The notes below the pieces were generated by a model. It was not told the origin of the DNA, searched no databases, and saw only the letters and a list, made by a program, of their open reading frames with translations. Made by a program: the position numbers and the translations under genes. Below, piece after piece: positions 19,733 through 30,050 of a stretch of DNA of 56,895 nt (position 1 is the first letter of the stretch; every line of letters starts with the position of its first letter). This DNA is from Candidatus Yanofskybacteria bacterium RIFCSPLOWO2_02_FULL_44_18. GTDB taxonomy: Bacteria > Patescibacteriota > Minisyncoccia > 2-02-FULL-40-12 > GWA2-44-9. Location of the stretch: positions 65,130-122,024 of the forward strand of contig MGKT01000002.1 of NCBI GenBank assembly GCA_001794755.1. The letters are read 5' to 3'.

Positions 19733-20245
19733 ATGTCAGACAACATTCTCATAGAACAAAAATTTCTTAAAGCGTATGATGAGTATTCTGACGCAATTTT
19801 CCGACATTGCTATTTTCGCGTGTCGGATCGTGAAAAGGCAAAGGATTTGACCCAAGATACTTTCACCAAGACCTGGGAGTATGTGTTGAAAAACGGCGAA
19901 GTCACCGACCTTAGAGCTTTTTTATATAAGGTGGCCAATAATCTCATCATAGATACATATCGAAAAAAGAAGGAGGATTCATTGGATGATATGATGGAAA
20001 ATAGCAGTTTCGATATAGGCGAAGACGAAACGGAACAGCTTTTCAATTCAATAACCGTCAATCAGATTCAGGGCCTTTTTGCAAAACTGGACGACATATA
20101 CAAGGACGCGATTGTAATGAGATATATAGATGACGCATCGCCAAAAGAAATAGCCCGAGCTTTAAATGTTTCCGAAAATGTCGTTTCAGTGAGAATTTAC
20201 CGGGGCTTAAAAAAATTAAGAGAATTACTAAAACATGACGAATAA
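19733..20245 (+). CDS. ECF (sigma-24 type) RNA polymerase sigma factor
   Basis: AKDLTQDTF region 2, FLYKVANNLIID, region 4 SPKEIARALNVSENVVSVRIYRG. Confidence 0.92.
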   Translation: MSDNILIEQKFLKAYDEYSDAIFRHCYFRVSDREKAKDLTQDTFTKTWEYVLKNGEVTDLRAFLYKVANNLIIDTYRKKKEDSLDDMMENSSFDIGEDETEQLFNSITVNQIQGLFAKLDDIYKDAIVMRYIDDASPKEIARALNVSENVVSVRIYRGLKKLRELLKHDE

Positions 20246-21302
20246 AATATTCAAAGAAATCTATAAGATAAAGCTGGAAGGCTCGGAGAAAGCCCGTATT
20301 AAGATGGGGATTGTTAATTTCATGGTAAGAAATCAGGCCCCCAATCGTTATCAATCGCATAGGTCGAACATATTAACATTATTTAAATTTAACCAAATAA
20401 AAAACATGCCAATATTACTTGCATTAGCAATTTTGCTTTCCGGCGGTACTTCAGTTGCCGCTCAAAGTTCCTTGCCGGGCGATCCGTTGTATCCGGTAAA
20501 AATCAACTTCAACGAGGAAGTCCGTTCATGGTTTGCTATTTCTAAGAAAGCCAAGGCGAACTTCAACACGGAGCTTGCCGCGGCCAGACTAGAAGAAGCG
20601 TCCCAATTGGCAGCCGAAAACAAACTCGATGCCAAAACAGCCGCTGAAGTTAAAGCCAATTTCAAGGCTCGAACCGACGCGGCCAACAGATTCATAATTG
20701 AATTGAAAACTGACGGCGATACGCAAGCGGCCGCCGAAGCATTAGCCGATCTCGGTTCAGCTTTGGAAGCGCATGCCCAGGTTCTGGCTCAATTGAGCGC
20801 CAGCGGCGCCACTAAAGCGGAAATAAAGCAGAAGGTTGAAGAAATTCGAACTGAAATCCGAAAGGAAATCAATGCGAATAATTCAGTCAATGCCGACGTA
20901 AAAATCAAAATTTCTGCCGATAACAGCGCTGATATGCAGACAGCGGTTGAAAACAAAATAGCATCGGTTGAGAATAAGATAGAGGGAGTCAGTGCGTTCA
21001 TTGAGGCAAAAGAGGAAAATGTTGAAGCATCGGTAATTGCAAATGCCAATGCCAAACTGGATGCCGCCAGCGCCTTGATTATTCAAGCCGAAGCTGACAT
21101 AGCAGCCAAGGATTACGGCAAGGCATTCGTCAAAGCCCAGGAAGCCATGAAAATGGCCCAGGAGGCAAAACTTATTGTCGCGACAAATAACAAGATTGAA
21201 CTGAAATTAAGAACAGAGATGAATAAGGGCGACGAAAATAGAGCCAGTGCCAGCTTCGACGCAAAGACCAGGACAAATATCAAATTAGATCTCGGACTGT
21301 AA
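20235..21302 (+). CDS. DUF5667-like membrane-anchored helical protein (candidate anti-sigma)
   Basis: Overlaps the sigma gene; TM helix followed by SLPGDPLYPVK; Ala-rich helices; terminator at about 21317-21347. Confidence 0.65.
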   Translation: MTNKIFKEIYKIKLEGSEKARIKMGIVNFMVRNQAPNRYQSHRSNILTLFKFNQIKNMPILLALAILLSGGTSVAAQSSLPGDPLYPVKINFNEEVRSWFAISKKAKANFNTELAAARLEEASQLAAENKLDAKTAAEVKANFKARTDAANRFIIELKTDGDTQAAAEALADLGSALEAHAQVLAQLSASGATKAEIKQKVEEIRTEIRKEINANNSVNADVKIKISADNSADMQTAVENKIASVENKIEGVSAFIEAKEENVEASVIANANAKLDAASALIIQAEADIAAKDYGKAFVKAQEAMKMAQEAKLIVATNNKIELKLRTEMNKGDENRASASFDAKTRTNIKLDLGL

Positions 21303-21362
21303 CATATCGCTGTCCAAAAACTCCGCCTTCACAAAAGGCGGAGTTTTGATATTATTAATTCA

Positions 21363-22751
21363 ATGAAAACAGATAAGACTGAAAACAAAAAAATTACTCC
21401 GCGGTCGGAAGATTTTTCGCAATGGTATCTAGATGTCATTCAAGCGGCCGGGCTAGCCGAACATGCTCCCGTCAAAGGCTGTATGATTATAAAACCCAAC
21501 GGCTACGCTATATGGGAAAATATCCAGGCCAATCTGGACGCGGAATTCAAAAAGAAGGGCGTACGCAACGCTTATTTCCCCCTTCTAATCCCGGAAAAAT
21601 TTCTGCGCAAAGAAGCCCAGCATGTCAAAGGTTTCGCGCCCGAGGTCGCGGTGGTGACCCATGCCGGCGGGAAGAAACTTGAAGAGCCTTATGTAATCCG
21701 GCCGACATCAGAGACGATAATAAACGATTCTTTCGCGAAATGGATTCAATCTCACCGCGATTTGCCCCTGCTCATCAATCAGTGGTGCAACGTAGTGCGC
21801 TGGGAGCTGCGGCCCCGCCTTTTCCTGCGCACGACAGAATTTTTGTGGCAGGAAGGGCATACGGCTCATGCCACGGAGGCGGAGGCCGACGATTTTGCCA
21901 ACCAAATGCTCGAAGTTTATAAAAATTTCGTCCAAGACATTTTGGCGATTCCGGTTTACGCCGGTTTAAAAACGGAATCGGAGAAATTCGCCGGAGCCGA
22001 CAAAACATACACCATAGAAGCCATGACCCAGGACGGCAAAGCTCTGCAGATGGCCACATCCCACAATCTCGGCCAGAATTTCGCGAAAGCTTTTGATATC
22101 CAATACATGGATGAAAACAATTCGCCCCAATACGTATGGCAGACAAGTTGGGGTCTTTCGACTCGCACCATCGGCGGCATGATTATGGTTCACAGCGACG
22201 ACACCGGTCTCATATTACCTCCGCGGATTGCACCTCTGAAAGTAATAATTATTCCGATATGGAAAAATGATGCCGAGAAAGATAGTGTAATCGGTCAGGC
22301 TGGCAAGCTGGCTGAAGGCATAAAAGAGGCAAATATTTCCGTCAAGGTTGACGAAACCGACGGCCGGCCCGGCGAAAAATATTTCAATTGGGAAAGACAG
22401 GGCGTGCCGTTGAGAATAGAACTGGGACCGAAAGAAATTTCCGACAGCTCCGCGGTTTTAGTCCGCCGCGACACGGGGGCCAAGGAAACCGTAAAGACAG
22501 ATTCTCTGATTAAGGCTCTAGCCGCCGCGCTTGATTCGATTCAGTCGAATTTACTGGAAAGAGCCAGATTGTATTTTGACTCCAACACGATTGACGCGGA
22601 CAATATGGCTGATTTGAAAAAAGCAATCGGAAGTGGTAATTTCGCCAGAATGAAGCGGGACTTGCTTGACGAGAAAGAAATAAAAGAAATCAGTGCGACG
22701 GTAAGATGCGTGCTGGCGGACGGAAACGTGATTGTGGCAAAAGCATACTAA
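21363..22751 (+). CDS. proS: proline--tRNA ligase (archaeal/eukaryotic-like type)
   Basis: DFSQWY, RPTSET, QWCNVVRWE, FLRTTEFLWQEGHT, QTSWGLSTR, C-terminal AKAY. Confidence 0.96.
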   Translation: MKTDKTENKKITPRSEDFSQWYLDVIQAAGLAEHAPVKGCMIIKPNGYAIWENIQANLDAEFKKKGVRNAYFPLLIPEKFLRKEAQHVKGFAPEVAVVTHAGGKKLEEPYVIRPTSETIINDSFAKWIQSHRDLPLLINQWCNVVRWELRPRLFLRTTEFLWQEGHTAHATEAEADDFANQMLEVYKNFVQDILAIPVYAGLKTESEKFAGADKTYTIEAMTQDGKALQMATSHNLGQNFAKAFDIQYMDENNSPQYVWQTSWGLSTRTIGGMIMVHSDDTGLILPPRIAPLKVIIIPIWKNDAEKDSVIGQAGKLAEGIKEANISVKVDETDGRPGEKYFNWERQGVPLRIELGPKEISDSSAVLVRRDTGAKETVKTDSLIKALAAALDSIQSNLLERARLYFDSNTIDADNMADLKKAIGSGNFARMKRDLLDEKEIKEISATVRCVLADGNVIVAKAY

Positions 22752-22819
22752 ATTAAAAAACCGAGACCGAGGGGCTGAAGCCAGAATATTCTTGCTTTAA
22801 CTTGCAGGCTCGGAACAAG

Positions 22820-23377
22820 ATGATGACTCGCAAATGGTGGATTATCGTCGGAATCATAGTACTAGCCGCTTTGTGGTTGGGCGGAACATATAACGGGCTG
22901 GTAAAAAGAAATGAAGCCATAAACGGGCAGTGGGCCCAGGTTGAAACCCAGTATCAGAGGCGGTTTGATTTGATTCCCAATCTGGTCAATTCCGTGAAAG
23001 GAATAATGGCCCAAGAGCAGAAAGTTTTCGGCGATTTGGCCGAAGCCCGAACCCGCTACGCGGGCGCATCATCGCCGGAGGCCAAAGTCAGGGCGGCAAA
23101 CGATGTTGAAAGCGCGTTGGGGAGATTGCTGGTGATAGTCGAAAACTATCCGCAGTTGAGATCGTCAGAAACGGTTCAGACCCTGATGATTCAATTGGAG
23201 GGGACGGAGAACAGGATTAGCGTGGAAAGAGGCAGATACAACGATGCCGTTAAAGACTATACCGTCCGGATAAAAAGATTTCCAACAAATATTGTCGCCG
23301 GTCTCTTTGGTTTTGACGAGCGGTCATATTTCCAATCTCAATCAGGCGCCGAGAATGCTCCGACAGTAACATTTTAA
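22820..23377 (+). CDS. lemA: LemA family protein
   Basis: YNGLV..WAQVETQYQRRFDLIPNLV, ENYPQL, LEGTENRISVER..YN, FPTNIVA; start placed at ATG 22820. Confidence 0.93.
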   Translation: MMTRKWWIIVGIIVLAALWLGGTYNGLVKRNEAINGQWAQVETQYQRRFDLIPNLVNSVKGIMAQEQKVFGDLAEARTRYAGASSPEAKVRAANDVESALGRLLVIVENYPQLRSSETVQTLMIQLEGTENRISVERGRYNDAVKDYTVRIKRFPTNIVAGLFGFDERSYFQSQSGAENAPTVTF

Positions 23378-23382
23378 AAATC

Positions 23383-24201
23383 ATGAAACTTGTGACTTCT
23401 GCCACAATAATGCTGGCAGCGGCTTTGCCGGTTTTCGGGTACTACAATCTCGGCCAGCCGGCCGGGTTCGTTAACGACTTTGCCCAAATGATTTCCGACG
23501 AGCAGAAGCAGAATCTGGAAATAAAACTTCAGAATTTTGAAAAAGAAACTAGTAATGAATTATCGGTCGTTACCATCAATAGTCTTCAAGGTGATACAAT
23601 TGAAAATTTTGCTGAAAAACTTTTCAAAGATTGGGGAATAGGGAAGGAAGATAAAGATAACGGCGTATTACTATTGATATCTTTGGAAGACAAGAAGATG
23701 AGAATAGAAACGGGCTACGGTCTGGAAGGGGCCCTTACGGACGCCCAGAGCTTTATAATCATCGATTCGATATTAAAGCCGGCATTTCGCCTCGGCAACT
23801 ACTATGACGGAATTGACCGGGCGACGAATGCCATTATTGACGGCACTAAGGGAGAGTATCAGCCTCAAGCGTCGAAAAAATCGATATCCAACTATCTGGA
23901 TTGGTCATACGTGTTCATCTTGGCATTTGTGTGGCTGGCCAGTATTCTGGGCCGATCAAAATCATGGTGGCTGGGCGGAGTTATAGGGGGAATTATGGGT
24001 TTGATTATATGGAGTATTATGTGGGCCGCCAGCCTTATTATATTCGGCCTTATCTTCGATTTCATCGTCTCAAGAGCGTATCATCGGGGCCGTCAAACCG
24101 GACATTACCCATGGTGGATCGGAGGCGGAAAGTCCGGCGGGGGATTTGGCGGCTTTGGGGGCGGTCTTTCCGGCGGTGGCGGCGCGTCCGGGGATTGGTA
24201 A
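23383..24201 (+). CDS. TPM domain protein (YgcG-like)
   Basis: VNDFAQMI, WGIGKEDKDNGVLLLI, RIETGYGLEG, C-terminal GGFGGGLSGGGGASGDW. Confidence 0.92.
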   Translation: MKLVTSATIMLAAALPVFGYYNLGQPAGFVNDFAQMISDEQKQNLEIKLQNFEKETSNELSVVTINSLQGDTIENFAEKLFKDWGIGKEDKDNGVLLLISLEDKKMRIETGYGLEGALTDAQSFIIIDSILKPAFRLGNYYDGIDRATNAIIDGTKGEYQPQASKKSISNYLDWSYVFILAFVWLASILGRSKSWWLGGVIGGIMGLIIWSIMWAASLIIFGLIFDFIVSRAYHRGRQTGHYPWWIGGGKSGGGFGGFGGGLSGGGGASGDW

Positions 24202-24231
24202 TATCGAACGCCCGGCGCGCCCGTTCTCAGT

Positions 24232-24495
24232 CTAAATTGATTTCGGTCCTCTGAAGGCCCGGCTGATGGCGATAAGGATTATGCCGCCGATGACAGCGAC
24301 AACTATGCTGTATAAATTAAAACCGGTGATGCCGGACTGACCGAGAGCGGTCATGACCCAGCCGCCCAGGAAAGCGCCGACAATCCCCAAAACGATGTCA
24401 AGCAATAATCCGTCCTGAGCCCCCATAATCAGGGAGGCGAGCCAGCCGGCAATGGCGCCGAATATTATCCAAGCAAGAATACTCAAATAACCCAC
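24232..24495 (-). CDS. GlsB/YeaQ/YmgE family (transglycosylase-associated) membrane protein
   Basis: WIIFGAIAGWLAS..IVLGIVGAFLGG..GFNLYSIVVAVIG; true start may be the TTG at 24486. Confidence 0.88.
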   Translation of the reverse strand: MGYLSILAWIIFGAIAGWLASLIMGAQDGLLLDIVLGIVGAFLGGWVMTALGQSGITGFNLYSIVVAVIGGIILIAISRAFRGPKSI

Positions 24496-24632
24496 CTCCT
24501 TAGCCGTAATTTATATAAAATCATAGATTTAATCTTTAATCGGAGAAATGAATATGGAATGAAACTGTTGAAAACTAATTCGGCACGCTTGATATAATGA
24601 AAGTGGAAATGAAAATACGAAGATGAAAGGAG

Positions 24633-24848
24633 GTGCGGAAATTGAATAAATTAACAGGCTTGGATTGGCTGGCTTTGGTGCTTTTAATAGTTGGCGGCTT
24701 GAATTGGGGTTTTATCGGTCTTTGGGATATGAATGTGGTAATGAATATTCTCGGCTCGGGAACCCTAACCAATATCGTTTATGATTTAGTCGGGTTGGCG
24801 GCTATTTACGCCATTTGGGCGTCTATGAAATGGGGGCGCAAGATGTAA
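24633..24848 (+). CDS. DUF378 family small membrane protein
   Basis: LLIVGGLNWGFIG..IVYDLVGLAA; bidirectional terminator at about 24861-24892. Confidence 0.85.
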   Translation: MRKLNKLTGLDWLALVLLIVGGLNWGFIGLWDMNVVMNILGSGTLTNIVYDLVGLAAIYAIWASMKWGRKM

Positions 24849-24896
24849 TTTGATCTCATATTAAAAAGACCGGGTACGCCCGGTCTTTTTAATCGT

Positions 24897-25217
24897 TTAT
24901 CTTATTTCCGCTCCTGGACTGATGTCGCGCATCGTGGTCAGGACGGAAATTTCATTTCCGTCGCTGGCCGCTAAAACCATGCCCTGGCTTTCCAAGCCCA
25001 TCATCATTCTGGGTTCCAGATTGGCGACTATCACGATGTTTTTCCCCACCAATTCTTCCGGTTCATATTGTTTGGAAATCCCGGCCAGAATTTGCCTTTC
25101 TTCCGCTCCCAAAGAAACTTTTAATTTCAATAATTTCTCCGATCCTTCAATTCTTTCGGCCATTATAACTCTGGCCGTCTTTAATTCTATTTTTTTAAAA
25201 TCATCTATCGTTATCAT
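24897..25217 (-). CDS. stand-alone tRNA-binding OB domain (MetRS C-terminal/Trbp111-like)
   Basis: ITIDDFKKIELK, KLLKLKV, VANLEPR, ESQGMVLAA. Confidence 0.9.
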   Translation of the reverse strand: MITIDDFKKIELKTARVIMAERIEGSEKLLKLKVSLGAEERQILAGISKQYEPEELVGKNIVIVANLEPRMMMGLESQGMVLAASDGNEISVLTTMRDISPGAEIR

Positions 25218-26476
25218 ATTATTTTATATATTTCGGTTATGACATCAGAATCAGAGATTTCATTTTGCTCCTTGGTTTTTAGATTTTTAATCTGGACGGT
25301 ATTCTTGTCGACTTCATCTGCCCCGATAATTACAGCCGCCGAAAACCCTTTTTTGACGGCGTATGTCAATTGGCCGGTCAGGCTTGTTTCCGATCCTTGG
25401 TACAGCTCAACGGATATATTATTGTTTCTAAGGGAGCTCGATACGGACAAGCATTTGGGCAGGGATTGCTCGTCGAAATTCAACACGATGACTTTGGCGA
25501 TGCTGGCAGTCGCATTAACCAGCCCCAGTTCGGATAAAGCGGCATAAAGCCGATCAATTCCGAATGATGTTCCCGTGGCCGGAAGGGAATCGCCGCCAAA
25601 GCGAGCCGTCAAACCGTCATATCGGCCGCCGGAACACACGCTGCCAATAGAAGGTAAATCAGTAAGAATCGTTTCAAATACCGTCCCGGTGTAATAACCG
25701 AGGCCGCGGGCGACGGATAAGTCTATTTTCCAGGCCGAGCGGGGAATATCCATGGCGTCTAGATATGAGGCGATTTCATTTAGTTCCGGATCATCAGTTT
25801 CCGATTTTGACGTGAATTCTTTAATCAAAGAAATGCTTTTATCGGAGAGACCCTCGTTTTTCAATTCTTCTTCAACCTTTTGCCAGCCCTGCTTGTCTTT
25901 TTTATCCATGGCCCGAAGAACCATATTCGTTTTTTCTTTGTCGAAATCGGCAATGGCGTATAAATTATTTAATATTTTGCGATTATTTATTCTTATCTCA
26001 AAATTTTTAATTCCCAAGTCTTTCATGGCCGTATATATGATGGCGATTATTTCCGCGTCCGCCAGCATACTCTTTGCGCCCACAATATCAGCGTCGCATT
26101 GGACAAATTCTCGGTAGCGGCCGGCTTGGGGCCGCTCGCCCCGCCAGACCTTTCCTATTTGATATCTTCGGAAGGGCTTTTTCAATTCCGGGTTGCCGGC
26201 CATAACGCGGGCCAGGGGCACGGTCAAATCGAACCGCAAAGCCATGTCTTCTCCGGATTCATTTATCCGAGCCTTGAAAATATTCATCTTAAAATCGGGG
26301 TCTCCGCCGGTTAATATTTCTTCTTTTTCCAATCCCGGCGTATCGAGGGGGGCATATCCGAAGCGTTCGAAAACTGCCCGGATGGTGTCGAGCATTTTCT
26401 GGCGCGGAATCATCTCGTCGGGCAGATAATCTTTGAATCCGCTGGCTAACGCCGGTTTTATGGTGTCTTTAGTCAT
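25214..26476 (-). CDS. hisS: histidine--tRNA ligase
   Basis: LRFDLTVP, WRGERPQAGRYREFVQCD, ARGLGYYTG, SGGRYD; start moved to ATG 26476, 7 nt after TATAAT. Confidence 0.96.
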   Translation of the reverse strand: MTKDTIKPALASGFKDYLPDEMIPRQKMLDTIRAVFERFGYAPLDTPGLEKEEILTGGDPDFKMNIFKARINESGEDMALRFDLTVPLARVMAGNPELKKPFRRYQIGKVWRGERPQAGRYREFVQCDADIVGAKSMLADAEIIAIIYTAMKDLGIKNFEIRINNRKILNNLYAIADFDKEKTNMVLRAMDKKDKQGWQKVEEELKNEGLSDKSISLIKEFTSKSETDDPELNEIASYLDAMDIPRSAWKIDLSVARGLGYYTGTVFETILTDLPSIGSVCSGGRYDGLTARFGGDSLPATGTSFGIDRLYAALSELGLVNATASIAKVIVLNFDEQSLPKCLSVSSSLRNNNISVELYQGSETSLTGQLTYAVKKGFSAAVIIGADEVDKNTVQIKNLKTKEQNEISDSDVITEIYKII

Positions 26477-26570
26477 CTTCGTAATTATATCCAAAAGCTA
26501 TCCATAATACCACAATTTCATGAAAAATAAAACGCCCGGATGGGCGTTGCCGACAGGTCTTGCCTGTCGG

Positions 26571-28040
26571 TCAGGATTTGAATTTGATTTGAGATCCCGA
26601 TTTAATAACGATGAATTTTCTATTGGTTGCGCTGTGCCGGGCGACCAAGATTCCGCTCGAGCCGCCAATGATGATACCGATGGCAGCTCCTTTTTTGCCA
26701 GCAATCATACCGCCGATTACAGCTCCGCCGACCGCGCCAGCCAGGCCTCGCCAGAAGCCGGTCTTTAAGCTGTCGCCGTCAGTTTCGAATTTCTTAATTA
26801 CGGGCGAAAGGCGACTGGAGCCTATTTCGTCGAGAGAAAGCGCCAGCACCACTTCCTGCTTTTCAAGGGAATTTTCCCTGATTGAAATTACGACAGGCGT
26901 ATTTGCGGAAAAAGCTTTGCCGTTCTTCAAAGAAATGCGTTTGGCCAAACTGGCCGGAATCCTGTCGCCGACGCGTGCGTCGAACGAATAGATATCGGCG
27001 GCAGGGCTCACGCTGAATTCCACCCCTTTTTCTACCGAAACAAATTCAGTAACGGATTGTTCCGGATAGGTGAAAAGAGGAGGCGCAATATCAGATTTTT
27101 CGGATATCGGGATATTCTCGGCTTCAACTGTTGGTTCCGGTGCCGGTTCTTTCGATTTTGCTTCCGGTTCTGGAATCACTGAAGCCTTTAGTTCTTTAAT
27201 AATGTCATCTTCCAGATCATAAGAGAAAGGTTTCAGTTCTTCTGGGCAGTACGGATTTTGTCCGGGATTGTCGAACAGGCGATATGCGCCGTCGCATTTC
27301 CCGTACCAGTACAGATTCTTGCCAGTGTTAGGATTGTAGAGCTTCAACCGATTGCCCATGTCCGGCCCATATTTGCAAAGATGCCGTCCGTCGGAGCAAA
27401 CTACAACATTAACTTCTCTGGCTGTTACGCCGAATACCTCCAAAGCGGTATCCGACATCACGGCGCTTGCTTTGGGGAAAATCTTTTCGGACACAATTTT
27501 CGGCATGAATACCATCGGCGGCACGATGAAAATCGTGATTGCGGCGGTGGCGATGAAAGGTTTCTGGGTAAATGAGTTTCTCTCTTGGAAGAAGATTGTT
27601 GTTGTCGCGGCAATGACAACAGCGAAAATCAAAATGTTCAGTAAAATAGGCGAGACAACCGCTAAGTGAGAAATGTACACGTAAAACGCAAGACACATGC
27701 CGTAGACGAGGACAATTGCCATCGCCCGCAAGACATTGGCCAGTGGTTTGTATTTGGCCGCAACTTGGACAATAACAAGAAGGGGAATTGCCACTCCCAT
27801 CCAAAACAGAATAACGGACATTCCAAGAAGTACTCCCGCGACGGAAATGAAATTGAAACCCGTCCATGAGCCGAGCTTGATTATGCCCAGAGAAACAAAT
27901 AATGCGATGAATGCTCCCAATGTAACTTGGGCGAATCTTACAAGGTAATAGGCGACGGATTCATAAGCGACTTTTCCAACATTTTCGCCGAATTCAAGGG
28001 CTTGTCTCATAAATGCCTCGATGGCCGGCCACGTCGCCAC
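26571..28040 (-). CDS. multi-pass membrane protein with C-terminal glycine zipper
   Basis: About 5 N-terminal TM helices; GLAGAVGGAVIGGMIAGKKGAAIG. Confidence 0.65.
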   Translation of the reverse strand: MATWPAIEAFMRQALEFGENVGKVAYESVAYYLVRFAQVTLGAFIALFVSLGIIKLGSWTGFNFISVAGVLLGMSVILFWMGVAIPLLVIVQVAAKYKPLANVLRAMAIVLVYGMCLAFYVYISHLAVVSPILLNILIFAVVIAATTTIFFQERNSFTQKPFIATAAITIFIVPPMVFMPKIVSEKIFPKASAVMSDTALEVFGVTAREVNVVVCSDGRHLCKYGPDMGNRLKLYNPNTGKNLYWYGKCDGAYRLFDNPGQNPYCPEELKPFSYDLEDDIIKELKASVIPEPEAKSKEPAPEPTVEAENIPISEKSDIAPPLFTYPEQSVTEFVSVEKGVEFSVSPAADIYSFDARVGDRIPASLAKRISLKNGKAFSANTPVVISIRENSLEKQEVVLALSLDEIGSSRLSPVIKKFETDGDSLKTGFWRGLAGAVGGAVIGGMIAGKKGAAIGIIIGGSSGILVARHSATNRKFIVIKSGSQIKFKS

Positions 28041-28693
28041 TTGAACGGGAATATCCTTAAAGATTGCCGTTGCCGTTTAATGCGTTCGGCGGTATTCTTA
28101 AGTCCCTTGTTCTTCACTCCGAGGTAGTCCGATATTTCTTGAGTCCAATCTCGGAGTAATTCCCGAACTGTTCGATGATTTTCTTCGGCGAGAAGGGCCC
28201 GGCCTTCTGAATCAGAAGACATTACGCCAACAAATGTTCGGGCTGCGTCATTCAAAACTGCTCTCTTGAAGTCTACTCTCTCAATCGGCGACATATTCTT
28301 TACCAATGCGCCAAGAGTAATCATGTCGGAACTTGTAATTCTTTCAATATCAATGATTTCGGTGCGGCTAATTGGAATCGGCCCTCGCGGCTTTAAATTG
28401 CCAAGAATAAAATCTGGCGCGCTGCGGAAAATATCCTCGATAAAAGTCATCACCAAAAACATGGACGATTCGCCCATAAATCTGGAGAGCGGACCAAGCG
28501 GTTCCAGTTTCGGCCCAACAGCCCGCTCGAGGCGGCGTTTAGCGGTAATGGCTAGAACTCGAGCCAATCTCGACTGCCATTGAGTTTGAGAATCAAAACG
28601 GGTAGAAACTTGATCTTGATACGGATCACGCAACATAACGCTCCTTGTCAAAGACCTTGAGAATATATTGGCAAAATATGCCTTGCTAAGCAA
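28007..28693 (-). CDS. hypothetical protein
   Basis: 228-aa ORF overlapping both neighbours in the same direction; start uncertain. Confidence 0.5.
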   Translation of the reverse strand: MLSKAYFANIFSRSLTRSVMLRDPYQDQVSTRFDSQTQWQSRLARVLAITAKRRLERAVGPKLEPLGPLSRFMGESSMFLVMTFIEDIFRSAPDFILGNLKPRGPIPISRTEIIDIERITSSDMITLGALVKNMSPIERVDFKRAVLNDAARTFVGVMSSDSEGRALLAEENHRTVRELLRDWTQEISDYLGVKNKGLKNTAERIKRQRQSLRIFPFKWRRGRPSRHL

Positions 28694-29975
28694 GGGCGGA
28701 CCTGCGGTGGAGATATCGGTAGTAGCTTATCGCAAAGCGGTGGGCTTCGGCGTCAATGGCTAAAATCAGATTTTTCGCAGCCGGGTGAATTGCCTTTAGG
28801 GCAACGGATTTTTTGGGTGCGGTAGAGATAAAAATATGATTGCCTTTGTGCTTGGCATCTTTTGTTAGTGCCAGAACTGGAATATTCTCAACTAAATCAA
28901 ATTCCGCCATGACCGACTGGACCGCACTGATTTGGGCTTTGCCGCCGTCGATGACAACAAGGTCTGGGTATTTCCATTCGGTGTGCCGGAGCCGGCGGGT
29001 CAGAATTTCCTTAATCATGGCTGTGTCATCCGCGCCTTTGACGGTTCTTATTTTAAATCGGCGATATTCATTTTTATCAGCTAGTCCGTCTATGAAAACA
29101 GCCATTGAACCCGTTGCGTAGCGGCCTTGGATATTTGAAATGTCATAACATTCGATTCTGTTCAATCTCGGCAAATTCAAAAATTCTCGCAGTTTTTCTA
29201 TTCCGGGCGATTGGCGCTCATAGCGCTCATTCAGCCCTTGCAGAACTTTGGCGTTTGAAAAAATTTTTTCCAGAGAATCAATCTGTTCCCGAGTCCGAAT
29301 TGCCTTTTGAAAATCATGCGCCTTGCCAGCCGCCACCATTTCTTTTTTCATTTTCTTGATTAGCGTATCTTTTTTTCCGGTCAGCATATCTTTAATGGCA
29401 TTAATATTTTTCATGTACAATCTTCTGTCGGTTTTTTCCGGGTGTTTCAGACAGCAAAAACCGGGACATCTGTCGAGATGATAGTTGAGGCAGAAATTGT
29501 TGTGCTTCTGACGGCAGGTGCAATAGGGAAATGTCCGGCGCAGGAATTTTAATGTTTGCTTTAAGGTATAGCCTTCAGTAAAAGGCCCGACGGATTCAAT
29601 TTCAAAATTCTTGAATTTAGAGTGGGGCTGGTGGGTTATAAAAATTCGGGGAAATTCTTCCTGCGTGAAAGCGGCATACGAATATTGCTTGTCATCTCGC
29701 ATCAGAACGTTAAATTCCGGATGGTATTTTTTTATGTATTGAGATTCCAGTATCAAGGCCTCAATTTCGTTTCCGGCTGGCACACGAACAAGGCCGGAGG
29801 CCTTTTCCACCATAATTTTAATGCGAGCATCATCCGGCGCGATATATGATTTTAAACGGGCGCGCAAATTCCCAGCCTTACCGACATACAGTTTCTTTGC
29901 GCCCTTGAACCAGATGTAAATTCCGGCTTCTCGGGGCATCAATTTTATTTTATTCTTTAAAATATTTAGTTTCAT
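28686..29975 (-). CDS. uvrC: excinuclease ABC subunit C, shortened
   Basis: GIY...YVGKAGNLRAR (GIY-YIG), RIECYDISN, YRRFKI, PDLVVIDGG, DAEAHRFAISY; no C-terminal HhH. Confidence 0.92.
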   Translation of the reverse strand: MKLNILKNKIKLMPREAGIYIWFKGAKKLYVGKAGNLRARLKSYIAPDDARIKIMVEKASGLVRVPAGNEIEALILESQYIKKYHPEFNVLMRDDKQYSYAAFTQEEFPRIFITHQPHSKFKNFEIESVGPFTEGYTLKQTLKFLRRTFPYCTCRQKHNNFCLNYHLDRCPGFCCLKHPEKTDRRLYMKNINAIKDMLTGKKDTLIKKMKKEMVAAGKAHDFQKAIRTREQIDSLEKIFSNAKVLQGLNERYERQSPGIEKLREFLNLPRLNRIECYDISNIQGRYATGSMAVFIDGLADKNEYRRFKIRTVKGADDTAMIKEILTRRLRHTEWKYPDLVVIDGGKAQISAVQSVMAEFDLVENIPVLALTKDAKHKGNHIFISTAPKKSVALKAIHPAAKNLILAIDAEAHRFAISYYRYLHRRSALA

Positions 29976-30050
29976 TTTGGCGGATTATATCACAAAAAAC
30001 GGCCGCGGGTGCGGCCGGTGCCGAGAAGAAATCTCAGCAGCGAATGTGTT

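Noticed and set aside
26549-26576. CCGACAGG/CCTGTCGG hairpin as a REP family member
   Set aside because: Single copy here and adequately explained as a terminator-type stem after the minus-strand gene
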